Positions 39,376 through 48,992 of a stretch of DNA of 64,000 nt are shown here, piece by piece. Every line of letters begins with the position of its first letter. Position 1 is the first letter of the stretch. The stretch is from an uncultured bacterium (GTDB lineage: Bacteria; Margulisbacteria; WOR-1; CAVSGV01). The DNA lies in contig CAVSGV010000005.1 of the NCBI GenBank assembly GCA_963727815.1, forward strand, positions 101,348 through 165,347, given 5' to 3'. The position numbers were made by a program, and so were the translations under genes. Under the pieces are notes generated by a model. The model had not been told where the DNA came from and ran no database searches. It saw only the letters and a list, made by a program, of their open reading frames with translations.

Positions 39376-40786
39376 CATCCTCATCGCATTGGTTGCCGCA
39401 GCAGCCTTCGCTCTGGCCGTTTTAATATTCATGGCTGGAGGGATGAGCGTTCTTATTGCAGCCGCAGCGATAGTTCTCGCGATATCGCTGCTAAAGAACG
39501 AATACCTGCTTATGCTTCTTCTGTTCTTTATTCCTCTTTTTCCAAAGATCAATCTTGTAAGCATACCCGGGACGATAACCGCCATAAGGGTGGAAGATTT
39601 CTTTCTCGCGCTGGTAATATTTTTCGTCATTTTAAAGAGCCTGAACAAAAAAGAGGGGATAAAATTCGATCGCTTCACGGCGGCACTGGCTCTTTTCGTC
39701 GGCATATCTTTCGTTTCCCTCTTGATGGGGCTCTTCCAGGGAACGATCGAAGCGAATTCAATGTCTCTTCTTTATTTCGTAAGACGCATCGAATATGTCA
39801 TGCTTTTCTTCGTAGGTTTTTCAATAGCTGACAGCGTAAGCATCGGTACTGTGAAAAAAGCGTTCGTGCCGGTCTTCCTCATTGTCGCGGCTTTCGGGCT
39901 GCTGCAGGCGGCTCAAATAACTGGAGGTTTTTTCCTCGGGCAGTATATTGAGGGCGCGGGGGGAAGGATATTTTCCACGTTCGGCGTGCCGGGAGAACTG
40001 GCCGCTTTCATTGCCATAATATTCACGTTATCCGTCATGGGAATGCAGGATAGCAAAGGCTTGACGCGGTTTTTTTGGACGCTGCTCGGCGCCCTTCAGA
40101 TATTCATTCTTTTTCTCTCGCTTTCAAGGATCGAACTGCTCTCGATCCCTCTCGGCCTTGTTGCTTACGGGATACTGAAAGGCAAAGGAAGACAGATATT
40201 GGTCTTGACCGTCCTGCTTGTCATTCTTGCAGGAGCGCTTGCGCCTTCAGAGGTAAAGGACCGCTTCACGCTTCTTTTCAGCGGGAAGACCATCGAGACC
40301 ATCAGTGACATAGTATCTGGCGCGAAGGATGTGGACATTAAAAAGGCGAGGCAGACGGAGACCTATCAGAATTTGGGATATGACCTGAGTACAGTAGAGA
40401 GGCTGTATCAATGGATATCGGCTTACAACGCGTTCACGGTATATCCCGTTTTCGGGGCCGGACAATCGGCGTTCGGAGAGTTCGTCGACAATAATTATCT
40501 TAGGCTCCTTGGAGAGAACGGCATAGTCGGGTTGGCGGTATTCCTTTTTATCATCTATCATATTTGGAAGAGCTGCCTTAAAGTGTATAATGACAGCAGG
40601 ATGCCCAAAGATGTCAGGGATTACGCGGTGTTCATGATCGTCATGCTCGTGAACATGCTCGTGATAGCGCTGATGGTGGACGCTTTCGAGATGTCCAAGA
40701 TAGCGTTCCTTTTCTGGCTCCTGACCGGCGTGTTCTTCAAGATAAAAGCGATCCGTGAAAAAGAGGCGGCGGCCTTAACATCATGA
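39344..40786 (+). CDS. O-antigen ligase/polymerase (Wzy_C) family
   Basis: About 12 TMs; R..STFG.PGELA, SRI, R..QW..A, DNNYLRLLGENGIVGL. Confidence 0.8.
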   Translation: MRENILMRKDNILIALVAAAAFALAVLIFMAGGMSVLIAAAAIVLAISLLKNEYLLMLLLFFIPLFPKINLVSIPGTITAIRVEDFFLALVIFFVILKSLNKKEGIKFDRFTAALALFVGISFVSLLMGLFQGTIEANSMSLLYFVRRIEYVMLFFVGFSIADSVSIGTVKKAFVPVFLIVAAFGLLQAAQITGGFFLGQYIEGAGGRIFSTFGVPGELAAFIAIIFTLSVMGMQDSKGLTRFFWTLLGALQIFILFLSLSRIELLSIPLGLVAYGILKGKGRQILVLTVLLVILAGALAPSEVKDRFTLLFSGKTIETISDIVSGAKDVDIKKARQTETYQNLGYDLSTVERLYQWISAYNAFTVYPVFGAGQSAFGEFVDNNYLRLLGENGIVGLAVFLFIIYHIWKSCLKVYNDSRMPKDVRDYAVFMIVMLVNMLVIALMVDAFEMSKIAFLFWLLTGVFFKIKAIREKEAAALTS

Positions 40787-41751
40787 GCAATAAGATGGAT
40801 GTTACAATATCAATAGTTTCCGATGAACAGGTGCATGTCCTGGACAGGTGCCTCGGCCTCATTTATTCCGGGACGGAGCATAACATCACTTTCGAAATAT
40901 TCGTGGTGAACAACGACTGCGGGCTGGAAACCTCAAACATGCTCAGGAAAAAATATCCGCAGGTGAAGATCATCGAGAACACCTCTCGAAAAGGTTTCTC
41001 CGAGAACCACAACCAGGTCATCAAAAAAAGTTCGGGCGAATTCATCCTCGTAATGAACCCCGATATCTACGTGAAAAAAGATTTCATCACCCGCCTTCTT
41101 GCTGTCATGAGGTCCGATAATAAGATCGGCGTTTGCATGGGCAAGCTTCTGCGGTACCAGCCGGATAACGTCATAGACTCGACCGGCCACATCATATTCA
41201 GGGACAGGCGGACGCTGGACCGCGGACAGGGAGAGATAGACTCCGGCCAATATGACAGGCAGGAAGAGATATTCAGCGCGAGCGGCGCCGCGATGATGTG
41301 CCGCAGGGAAATGCTTGAAGACGTGAAGCTGCGCGGAGAATATTTCGACGGGTCGTTCAAGCTGTACAAGGAAGAGCTGGACCTGTGCTGGAGAGCGAGG
41401 CTGCGCGGCTGGAAGATCGTCTACTCGCCGGATGCCGTCGCGAACCATCTGAGAGGGTGGGGGACGGATAAACAAAGAAAAAATATTCCCGTCTGGATAA
41501 GACGTGAATCCTACAAGAACCGGTATCTGGTCCTCATCAAGGACGACCATTTCGTCAACTTCGCGAAGGACCTGCCGTTCATACTCTTCAACGAGGCTAA
41601 AGTTTTTCTCTACGTAATATTCAGAGAGCCCCGTCTCATCGCGGCCTGGTTCCAGATATTGTGGCTGCTCCCGACAACGCTCATCAAGAGACGCGAGATA
41701 ATGAAAAAAGCGCTGGTCGGTCCCGGGGAGATAAGAAAATGGTTCAAGTAA
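40783..41751 (+). CDS. GT2 glycosyltransferase
   Basis: GFSENHNQ, MNPD, ASGAAMM.RR, YKEELDLCWRA. Confidence 0.9.
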   Translation: MSNKMDVTISIVSDEQVHVLDRCLGLIYSGTEHNITFEIFVVNNDCGLETSNMLRKKYPQVKIIENTSRKGFSENHNQVIKKSSGEFILVMNPDIYVKKDFITRLLAVMRSDNKIGVCMGKLLRYQPDNVIDSTGHIIFRDRRTLDRGQGEIDSGQYDRQEEIFSASGAAMMCRREMLEDVKLRGEYFDGSFKLYKEELDLCWRARLRGWKIVYSPDAVANHLRGWGTDKQRKNIPVWIRRESYKNRYLVLIKDDHFVNFAKDLPFILFNEAKVFLYVIFREPRLIAAWFQILWLLPTTLIKRREIMKKALVGPGEIRKWFK

Positions 41752-43264
41752 AGAACAGATATGTCATCGTGGTTTTGCTGGTCCTCCTGGCTTCCGCCAT
41801 CAGGTTCTATAATCCCGTTTTCCGGAGCATCTGGGGAGATGAATCTTTCAGCGTTTATTCCGCCATGGAATTCCCGAAACACGACCTGATAACGTCATCA
41901 ATGGCCCTCGCGGGAGCCTCGCACATGCCCGTTTACTTCATCCTCCTTTCGAAATGGATCCAGATGGTCGGCCCCGGCGAATATTTCTTGCGGCTCTTTT
42001 CCATCATCTTCGGGATACTGGGGGTCATCGCTTTTTATTTTTTCGCGCTGGAATTCTTCGAAGAAGGCGCCGCGCTCTTAAGCACCTTTCTGCTGGCCAT
42101 TTCTCCCATGGCGGTCATGTATTCGCAGGAGATCCGGATGTACTCGATCATGTTCCTGCTCTCCGTGCTTTCAACGCAATTTTTGTGGAGGCTGTTGTCC
42201 AAAAAAGCGGACATCCTGAACTGCTTAAGCTATTTTGTTTTTACCGCGCTGCTCCTTTTCACCCACATATACGCGATATTGTTCGTCGCCGCGCAGGGGC
42301 TTGTCACATTATATTTTCTGTGGCGCGAGAGGAACATCAGGCTTTCGATCCTCACTTTGATACTGCAGGCGTTCGCGCTGGCGGCGGCGGCGCCGATATA
42401 TCTGTATATTTTCCGTAACGCGCTTTCCTCCCTTGCATCTGGCCCGCAGGACATACCTTTCGCGGCCTTCCCCGCTTACATAAAACCTTTCTTTTTCTTT
42501 TTTGCCCTGTCGCTGGGTGAGGCCGTGGCGCCGTGGAACTTTCTTATCGTCGTCCCCATCGGTATCCTTTTCGCTTATCTTTTTCTCAGCGTCCTGAAGC
42601 GCATATCGGACAATAGGATAGTTTTTCTTTTGATCCTGATCCTTTTCCCGACGCTGGCCGGCGCTTTCTCTCTCCCACTGTGCCGAAATATCTCATCACA
42701 TGCCTTCCTGCGTTCCTGTTACTTATCGGATATTCGCTGTCACTTCCGGAAAAGACCGACTTCCGGCCTGCCATTTTGATAGTCATCCTGGTTTGCCAGT
42801 CTCTGGCGCTGTCCAATTACTTCCTGCTGAAGGAATATCACAATTCGAACCGCATGGAGCCGTGGAGGAAAGTGACCACGATCATCGAGAGCAAGCACGA
42901 GAACGGCGATGAGATAATGACCAGCAGCTATTTCATAGCCGGCAGGATCATGAATTATTACCTGAACATTTCCGACAAAAAAGGATACCGCGTCGATTCG
43001 CTCGAAAAATTGAAAGGCGGCCAGGCCGACCCCTCGAAGATCTCCGCGAAAAGGGTCTGGCTTATCACGCAAATGCTGGACGACAGGGTCTTTCCCGCCG
43101 ACTACATAGACCGGGTCAGGAAAAAACTTAACGCGAGATATTCCATGGTGTTCGACGAATCTTTTGTCCCGTATTCGCAGACGCTCGTGTCTCAGCTTCC
43201 CATAAACAGGCACCAGAAAGGAACGGTAAGGCTGCGGCTGAGCCTATACGTGAAAAGAAAATGA
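41739..43264 (+). CDS. GT39/PMT-like GT-C membrane glycosyltransferase (frameshift near 42675)
   Basis: SIWGDESFS, H.PVYF.LL, LR..S.IFG, YSQEIRMYS. Frames join if one C is restored in ctccc(c)actgtg. Confidence 0.8.
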
Positions 43265-43282
43265 AAACCTCGCAGCGTCCCG

Positions 43283-43311
43283 TTGATTTTTGGCTACACA
43301 AGAGATAGAAT
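43283..43311 (+). promoter_or_regulatory. Sigma70-type promoter, near-leaderless rfbD
   Basis: TTGATT-17 nt-TAGAAT; ATG 8 nt downstream; no SD. Confidence 0.7.
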
Positions 43312-43319
43312 CGCTGAAC

Positions 43320-44186
43320 ATGAAAATTCTTCTTATCGGCGCGGACGGACAGCTGGGCACCGACATCCAAAAGGTAAAAAATAAAGCGGAACTTATTCCC
43401 CTGACGATCAAAGACATTGACGTCACTGACAGGGCCGGGACGGAAAAGGTCGTATCAAAACATTCTCCGGACGTTGTGATAAACACTTCCGCATTTCACA
43501 GGGTTGATGATTGCGAGGACCGCGATGACCTTGCTCTTGCGGTCAATGCGACAGGGGTCAAGAACCTTTGTCTTGCATGCGCGAAGACCGGCTCAGTCCT
43601 TGTCCACATAAGCACCGATTACGTTTTTGACGGCAAGAAACGGACGCCGTACGTGGAAGACGACTGTCCCAGGCCCGGAACGGCGTACGGCATCTCCAAG
43701 CTTGCCGGTGAATATTACGTTTGCTACATGCTCAAGAAATATTTCCTGATAAGGACCTGCGGGCTTTATGGCGTGGCCGGATGCCTGGGAAAAGGAGGCG
43801 GGAACTTCGTGGAGAACATTCTGGACGCTTCCAGGAAGAACGGCGTCCTGAAAGTGGTGGACGATCAGGTCGTCAGCCCCACGTATTCGCTGGACCTGGC
43901 GGGAAAGATAATGCAGCTCATCTCCACGGAGCATTACGGGCTTTATCACATAGCCAATAAGGAGAAATGCAGCTGGTACGAATTCGCGGCCAAGATATTT
44001 GAACTTACCGGAACAAAGGTGAAACTTGAAAAGTCGTCAACTTCCGACTATAAGGCCAAGGCGACCCGTCCGGCGTATTCGGTCCTTGATAATCAAAACC
44101 TCAGAAAGCTGGGATTGGACGACCTGCGGACCTGGGATAAGGCACTGAAAGCTTACCTCGAAGAAAAAAAACAGATCGATGCCTGA
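43320..44186 (+). CDS. rfbD: dTDP-4-dehydrorhamnose reductase
   Basis: GADGQLG, HISTDYVFDG, YGISKLAGE, VVDDQ..SPT, RPAYSVL. Confidence 0.92.
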   Translation: MKILLIGADGQLGTDIQKVKNKAELIPLTIKDIDVTDRAGTEKVVSKHSPDVVINTSAFHRVDDCEDRDDLALAVNATGVKNLCLACAKTGSVLVHISTDYVFDGKKRTPYVEDDCPRPGTAYGISKLAGEYYVCYMLKKYFLIRTCGLYGVAGCLGKGGGNFVENILDASRKNGVLKVVDDQVVSPTYSLDLAGKIMQLISTEHYGLYHIANKEKCSWYEFAAKIFELTGTKVKLEKSSTSDYKAKATRPAYSVLDNQNLRKLGLDDLRTWDKALKAYLEEKKQIDA

Positions 44187-45075
44187 CATATCGGTCGTCG
44201 TCACATCTTATGACTTCAGGGATCTAGTCGACGGATGCTTGAGCTCCATCATTCAAGGAACGAAAGACCGATCATATGAGATCATAGTTGTGGATGACGC
44301 GTCAACCGACGGGACGCCCGACATGATCCGAAAAAAATATCCTTCCGTTAAGCTTCTGATCAATCCCCAAAATCTCGGATATGTCAGATCGAACAACATT
44401 GGCGTTAGGGAATCTCTCGGGAAATACGTGTTTTCGCTGAACAACGATACCGTCGTTGCCGCAGATGCGATCAGTAAGCTTGCTAAGTTCCTCGATGAAC
44501 ATCCGGACGCGGGGGCGGTGGGTCCCAGGCTTGTGAACGGCGACGGATCCCTTCAGATGCAGTGCCGCCGCTCTTTTCCTTCCCCGCTCAATGCGATCGC
44601 GTATTTTTCCGGATTGTCAGCGCTGTTCCCGAAGAACAAGCTGCTCGGTGCATATCTTCTCACCTACCTGGACGATTCCAATCCCGAAGAAGTCGATTGT
44701 TTGTGCGGCGCTTCGATGATGGTCCGCAGGGAAGCGATAGATGAAGTGGGGCTCATGGACGAGGATTATTATATGTATGGGGATGACGTGGACTGGTGTT
44801 TCAGGATGAAAGAGTCCGGCTGGAAGATATTCTACCTTCCCTCTGCAGAGATATTGCATTTTGGCGGGATGGGTGGCAGCAGGAAGCGGAGTTTCAGGAA
44901 CATTTTTGAATTTCACAGGGCCATGGCGGTGTTTTACGGTAAGCATTATGCCGACGGTACTTTTTTCCTTCTGAACTGGCTTGTCTATCTGGGAATATGG
45001 CTCAAGTGCATCATATCTCTGGGCCTGAACCTTTTCAGAAAAGACAAGTATGTAGGGACGAAAAAGCCGTATTGA
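44179..45075 (+). CDS. GT2 glycosyltransferase (WbbL-like)
   Basis: DDASTDGT, N.GY..SNN.G, LNND, GASMMVRR, YMYGDDVDWC. Confidence 0.88.
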   Translation: MPDISVVVTSYDFRDLVDGCLSSIIQGTKDRSYEIIVVDDASTDGTPDMIRKKYPSVKLLINPQNLGYVRSNNIGVRESLGKYVFSLNNDTVVAADAISKLAKFLDEHPDAGAVGPRLVNGDGSLQMQCRRSFPSPLNAIAYFSGLSALFPKNKLLGAYLLTYLDDSNPEEVDCLCGASMMVRREAIDEVGLMDEDYYMYGDDVDWCFRMKESGWKIFYLPSAEILHFGGMGGSRKRSFRNIFEFHRAMAVFYGKHYADGTFFLLNWLVYLGIWLKCIISLGLNLFRKDKYVGTKKPY

Positions 45076-45087
45076 TGATATAATAAA

Positions 45088-45166
45088 TGGAAGCCAGCGA
45101 CTAAACGTCGCGGCTTCCAATCAAATCAATATCGGAAACCGCGAAGTTCATTCGCAGGTTTCCGAT
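45088..45166. repeat. Two-hairpin palindromic element, copy 2
   Basis: tggaagcc-a-gcgac-taaac-gtcgc-ggcttcca, then atcggaaacc-gcgaa-gttca-ttcgc-a-ggtttccgat. Confidence 0.9.
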
Positions 45167-45186
45167 GGTTTAAAACAGGAGGCCAT

Positions 45187-45906
45187 ATGAAAGGCATAAT
45201 ACTCGCGGGCGGGACCGGTTCCAGGCTTTATCCGCTGACAAAGGTCACGAACAAACATCTTCTTCGCGTCGGAAAAAAACCGATGATCTATTACCCCATC
45301 GAAAAGCTCATGGAGGCAGGAATTGATGAGATACTGATAGTCACAGGCGTTGAACACATGGGCGACGTCGTGACGCTTCTCGGTAGCGGAAAAGACCTCG
45401 GTTGCCGTTTTACTTACAAAGTTCAGGACGAGGCGGGAGGCATCGCCCAGGCGCTGGGACTTGCCGAGTATTTTTGCGGCGGCGGGAAAATGATCGCGAT
45501 ACTCGGGGACAACATCTTCGAAGATAAGCTTTCTAAACTAAAGGGAGACTTCAAAGAAAAAGGATCAGGAGCGAAGCTTATCCTTAAAGAAGTCAAGGAC
45601 CCGAACCGTTTTGGCGTTGCGGAAATTAGAGCGGGCAAGCTGGTCGGCATCGAAGAGAAGCCAAAGGACCCTAAGAGCAAACTCGCGGTCACAGGCATCT
45701 ATATGTACGATCCCAGCGTGTTCGACATCATAAGGACTCTCAAGCCGTCCAAGAGGGGAGAACTTGAGATAACCGACGTGAACAACGAATATATCAGGCG
45801 CGGCCAGGCATCTTACGAGATCATGAACGGGTGGTGGACCGATGCCGGGACCTTTGAAACCCTTGAACTCGCCTCTCTGCTGGTGGAAGGAAAAGCAAAA
45901 GCGTGA
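45187..45906 (+). CDS. rfbA: Glucose-1-phosphate thymidylyltransferase (short form)
   Basis: GIILAGGTGSRLYPLT...NKHLL, ILGDN, EEKP..PKS, RGELEITD, WTDAGT. Confidence 0.88.
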   Translation: MKGIILAGGTGSRLYPLTKVTNKHLLRVGKKPMIYYPIEKLMEAGIDEILIVTGVEHMGDVVTLLGSGKDLGCRFTYKVQDEAGGIAQALGLAEYFCGGGKMIAILGDNIFEDKLSKLKGDFKEKGSGAKLILKEVKDPNRFGVAEIRAGKLVGIEEKPKDPKSKLAVTGIYMYDPSVFDIIRTLKPSKRGELEITDVNNEYIRRGQASYEIMNGWWTDAGTFETLELASLLVEGKAKA

Positions 45907-46937
45907 AGAAGATACTCGTCACGGGAGGCTGCGGATTCATCGGCAGCAATTTTATCCGGTGCATCATCGACAAGGGATATTTCATCTGCAACCTGGACAA
46001 CCTTACTTATGCCGGCAATCTTGATAACCTGAGGGGCATCTATAAAAGGAAGAACTACAGTTTCATCAAGGGAGACATCTGCGATCCTGCCGTAGTGAAG
46101 AACGCTCTCTCAAAATTTGATATCGATACGATCGTCAATTTCGCGGCGGAATCGCACGTGGACCGCTCCATTCTCGGCCCGGAAATATTCACGAGAACGA
46201 ACATCCTCGGCACACAGGTGCTTCTGGACGTCGCGAGGAACGCCTGGTCCAAAGGATCGTTCAAGGGAAAAACTTTCCTGCAAATATCAACTGATGAGGT
46301 TTACGGCTCTCTGGGAAAGACCGGAAAATTCACCGAAAGAACTCCGCTGTCGCCGAACAGCCCATATTCCGCAAGCAAGGCATCCGCCGACCTCATAGTC
46401 AAAGCCTATCACGAGACCTACGGCTTCCCGTCGATGATCTCGCGTTGCTCCAACAACTACGGTCCGTATCAATTCCCAGAGAAACTGATACCTTTGATGA
46501 TCATTAACGCGATGCACGATAAAAAGCTGCCAGTCTACGGCGACGGGCTGAACGTGCGGGACTGGCTTTACGTGGAGGACCACTGCAGTGCGATCGAAGC
46601 AATTCTGAAAAAAGGAAAACCCGGCGAGACATACAACATCGGCGGGAACAACGAGTGGAAGAACATCGACGTCGTTAAAAAAGTCCTCTGGTATCTCGGC
46701 AAGCCCGCGTCGCTCATTTCACACGTCCGGGACAGGCTGGGCCACGACAGGAGATACGCGATCGACGCGTCAAAGATAAAACGCGAGCTCGGCTGGAAAC
46801 TCGAACACAGGTTCGAGGATGCGATAGGAGCCACGATCGACTGGTACATGGAGAACCGGGGCTGGTGGGAAAAGATAATAAGCGGAGAATACAAAGAGTA
46901 TTACAAGACACAGTACAAGGGAGGGCGGCGAAAATGA
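45903..46937 (+). CDS. rfbB: dTDP-glucose 4,6-dehydratase
   Basis: GFIGSNF, LTYAGN, FAAESHVDRSI, STDEVYG, YSASKA, DR.GHDRRYA. Confidence 0.95.
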   Translation: MKKILVTGGCGFIGSNFIRCIIDKGYFICNLDNLTYAGNLDNLRGIYKRKNYSFIKGDICDPAVVKNALSKFDIDTIVNFAAESHVDRSILGPEIFTRTNILGTQVLLDVARNAWSKGSFKGKTFLQISTDEVYGSLGKTGKFTERTPLSPNSPYSASKASADLIVKAYHETYGFPSMISRCSNNYGPYQFPEKLIPLMIINAMHDKKLPVYGDGLNVRDWLYVEDHCSAIEAILKKGKPGETYNIGGNNEWKNIDVVKKVLWYLGKPASLISHVRDRLGHDRRYAIDASKIKRELGWKLEHRFEDAIGATIDWYMENRGWWEKIISGEYKEYYKTQYKGGRRK

Positions 46938-47887
46938 AAACTCTGATAACCGGCGTCACGGGATTCGTTGGAAGCCATCTTGCCGAGTTCCTCTTGAGCA
47001 AGGGCGAGCAGGTTTCGGGGACCATCCGCTGGAGAAGCCGGATGGACAACATTGAGGGAATAAAAGACAAACTCTCTCTTCACGAGTGCGACATAAAGGA
47101 TGCCGTCGCTATAAGGGAGCTGATCGAGAAAATAAAACCGGATCACATCTATCACCTTGCGGCCCAGAGCTACGTCAAAGCTTCATGGTCGGCTCCCGCC
47201 GAAACTTTCATGACAAATGTAATAGGCGCGCTGAACCTTTTCGAGGCTATTAGGGCGGCGAAAATATCACCCAGAGTTTTGCTGGTGGGAAGCAGCGAGG
47301 AATACGGACTTGTGAAAAAGGACGAGCTGCCCATAAAGGAAACCAACCCGCTCAGGCCGCTCAGCCCGTACGCGGTCAGCAAGATATCGCAGGACATGCT
47401 GGGTTATCAATACTTCAAGAGCTACGGCATCCAGATAATCCGCACGCGTGCTTTCAACCTTACGGGGCCGAGGCGCGGGGATGTTTTTGTTGATTCGAAT
47501 TTCGCGAGACAGATAGTCATGATCGAAAAGGGCCAGAGAAAGCCTGTCATTGAAGTGGGCGATCTGAACACGTTCAGGGATTTCACGGATGTCCGGGATG
47601 TTGTCAGAGCGTACTGGCTGGCGATGAACAAGTGCGAACCGGGTGAGGTTTATAACATCTCTTCGGGAAAGACCATAAGCATAAAGGACGTGCTGAATGA
47701 CCTTATAAAGATATCCGGCGCGAAGGTGGAGGTAAAACAGGATCCGCAGAGGATGAGGCCGTCCGACGAGCCCATCATCCAGGGGGACAATTCCAAGTTC
47801 AGGGAAAAGACGGGATGGAGCCCCGAGATACCTCTCGAGAAGTCACTGAAAGACCTGCTGGATTATTGGAGAGAGACCGTTAAATGA
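46934..47887 (+). CDS. GDP-mannose 4,6-dehydratase / Rmd-like SDR
   Basis: GVTGFVGSHL, HLAAQSYV..SW, SSEEYG, SPYAVSK, RDFTDVRD. Confidence 0.8.
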   Translation: MKTLITGVTGFVGSHLAEFLLSKGEQVSGTIRWRSRMDNIEGIKDKLSLHECDIKDAVAIRELIEKIKPDHIYHLAAQSYVKASWSAPAETFMTNVIGALNLFEAIRAAKISPRVLLVGSSEEYGLVKKDELPIKETNPLRPLSPYAVSKISQDMLGYQYFKSYGIQIIRTRAFNLTGPRRGDVFVDSNFARQIVMIEKGQRKPVIEVGDLNTFRDFTDVRDVVRAYWLAMNKCEPGEVYNISSGKTISIKDVLNDLIKISGAKVEVKQDPQRMRPSDEPIIQGDNSKFREKTGWSPEIPLEKSLKDLLDYWRETVK

Positions 47888-48992
47888 AGGTCGCCCTGGC
47901 GCACGATTATCTGAACCAGTTCGGGGGAGCGGAAAGGGTCGTTGAGGTCCTGCACGAAATATTCCCGGATGCGCCGATATTCACTTCCATCTACCTTCCG
48001 GACAGCATGCCGGACAGTTTCAGGAAAATGGACATCCGCACCTCTTTCATGCAGAAGCTCCCTTTCCTCAAGAAGCATTTCAAGAAATATCTGCTTTTAT
48101 ATCCCGCGGCCTTTGCCAGTTTCGATCTCTCCGGCTACGACATGATAATAAGCAGCAGCAGCGCCTTTGCCAAGGGCGTGAAGAAAAAAGAAAATGCCTG
48201 CCACATTTGTTACTGCTATTCTCCGGCGCGTTTCATCTGGAGGTACGGCGATTACATCGAGAAGGAAGACCTCAGCGCCGTCGTAAAAGCGGTCCTGCCG
48301 TTCTTTATAAGGCGGCTGCGGTCCTGGGACCTCAAGACCAACGAAGGGATCGATCATTTTGTCGCTATATCGGATTATATTGCCAAGAGGATAGAAAGAA
48401 CATATAATAGAGCGTCCGAGGTGATATATCCGCCGGTCAGCGTGTCCAGTTTCAAGCCGGCGGCCCGGTTTCCGATTATTTCCTGATAGTGTCCAGGCTG
48501 AACGCATATAAGAAGATCGACGTCGCCGTAAAGGCGTTCAACAAGCTCGGTCTTCCGCTGAAAGTGATAGGCGACGGACCTTACAGGAAAAAACTGGAAA
48601 GTATCGCCGGGAACACGGTTGAATTTTTGGGCAGAGTTCCCGACAGCGAACTCCCGGGATATTACGCGAAATGCCGCGCTTTTATTTTTCCCGGCGAAGA
48701 GGATTTTGGGATAGTTCCCGTTGAAGCGCAGGCGGCGGGACGGCCCGTCATAGCGTACGGGTCCGGCGGCGCGCTGGAAACGGTCGTCGACGGCAGAACG
48801 GGAGTGTTCTTCCGCGAGCAGAGCGAAGATTCGCTTGTTGACGCGGTGGAGCGGTTCCGCGGCATAAGTTTCGACACGGGCACGATAAGAGAGAATGCGA
48901 TGAGGTTCGACAAGGCAGTGTTCAAGAAAAAGATGATCGAATGCGTAGAAAGAAAATACAGGGAGAGCGTTGATGCCAAAAGAAATAAATAA
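47884..48992 (+). CDS. GT4 glycosyltransferase (frameshift near 48468)
   Basis: HDYLNQFGGAERV, SSSAFAKG, SRL.AYK..D, EEDFGIVPVEAQA.G.PV. Confidence 0.88.
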
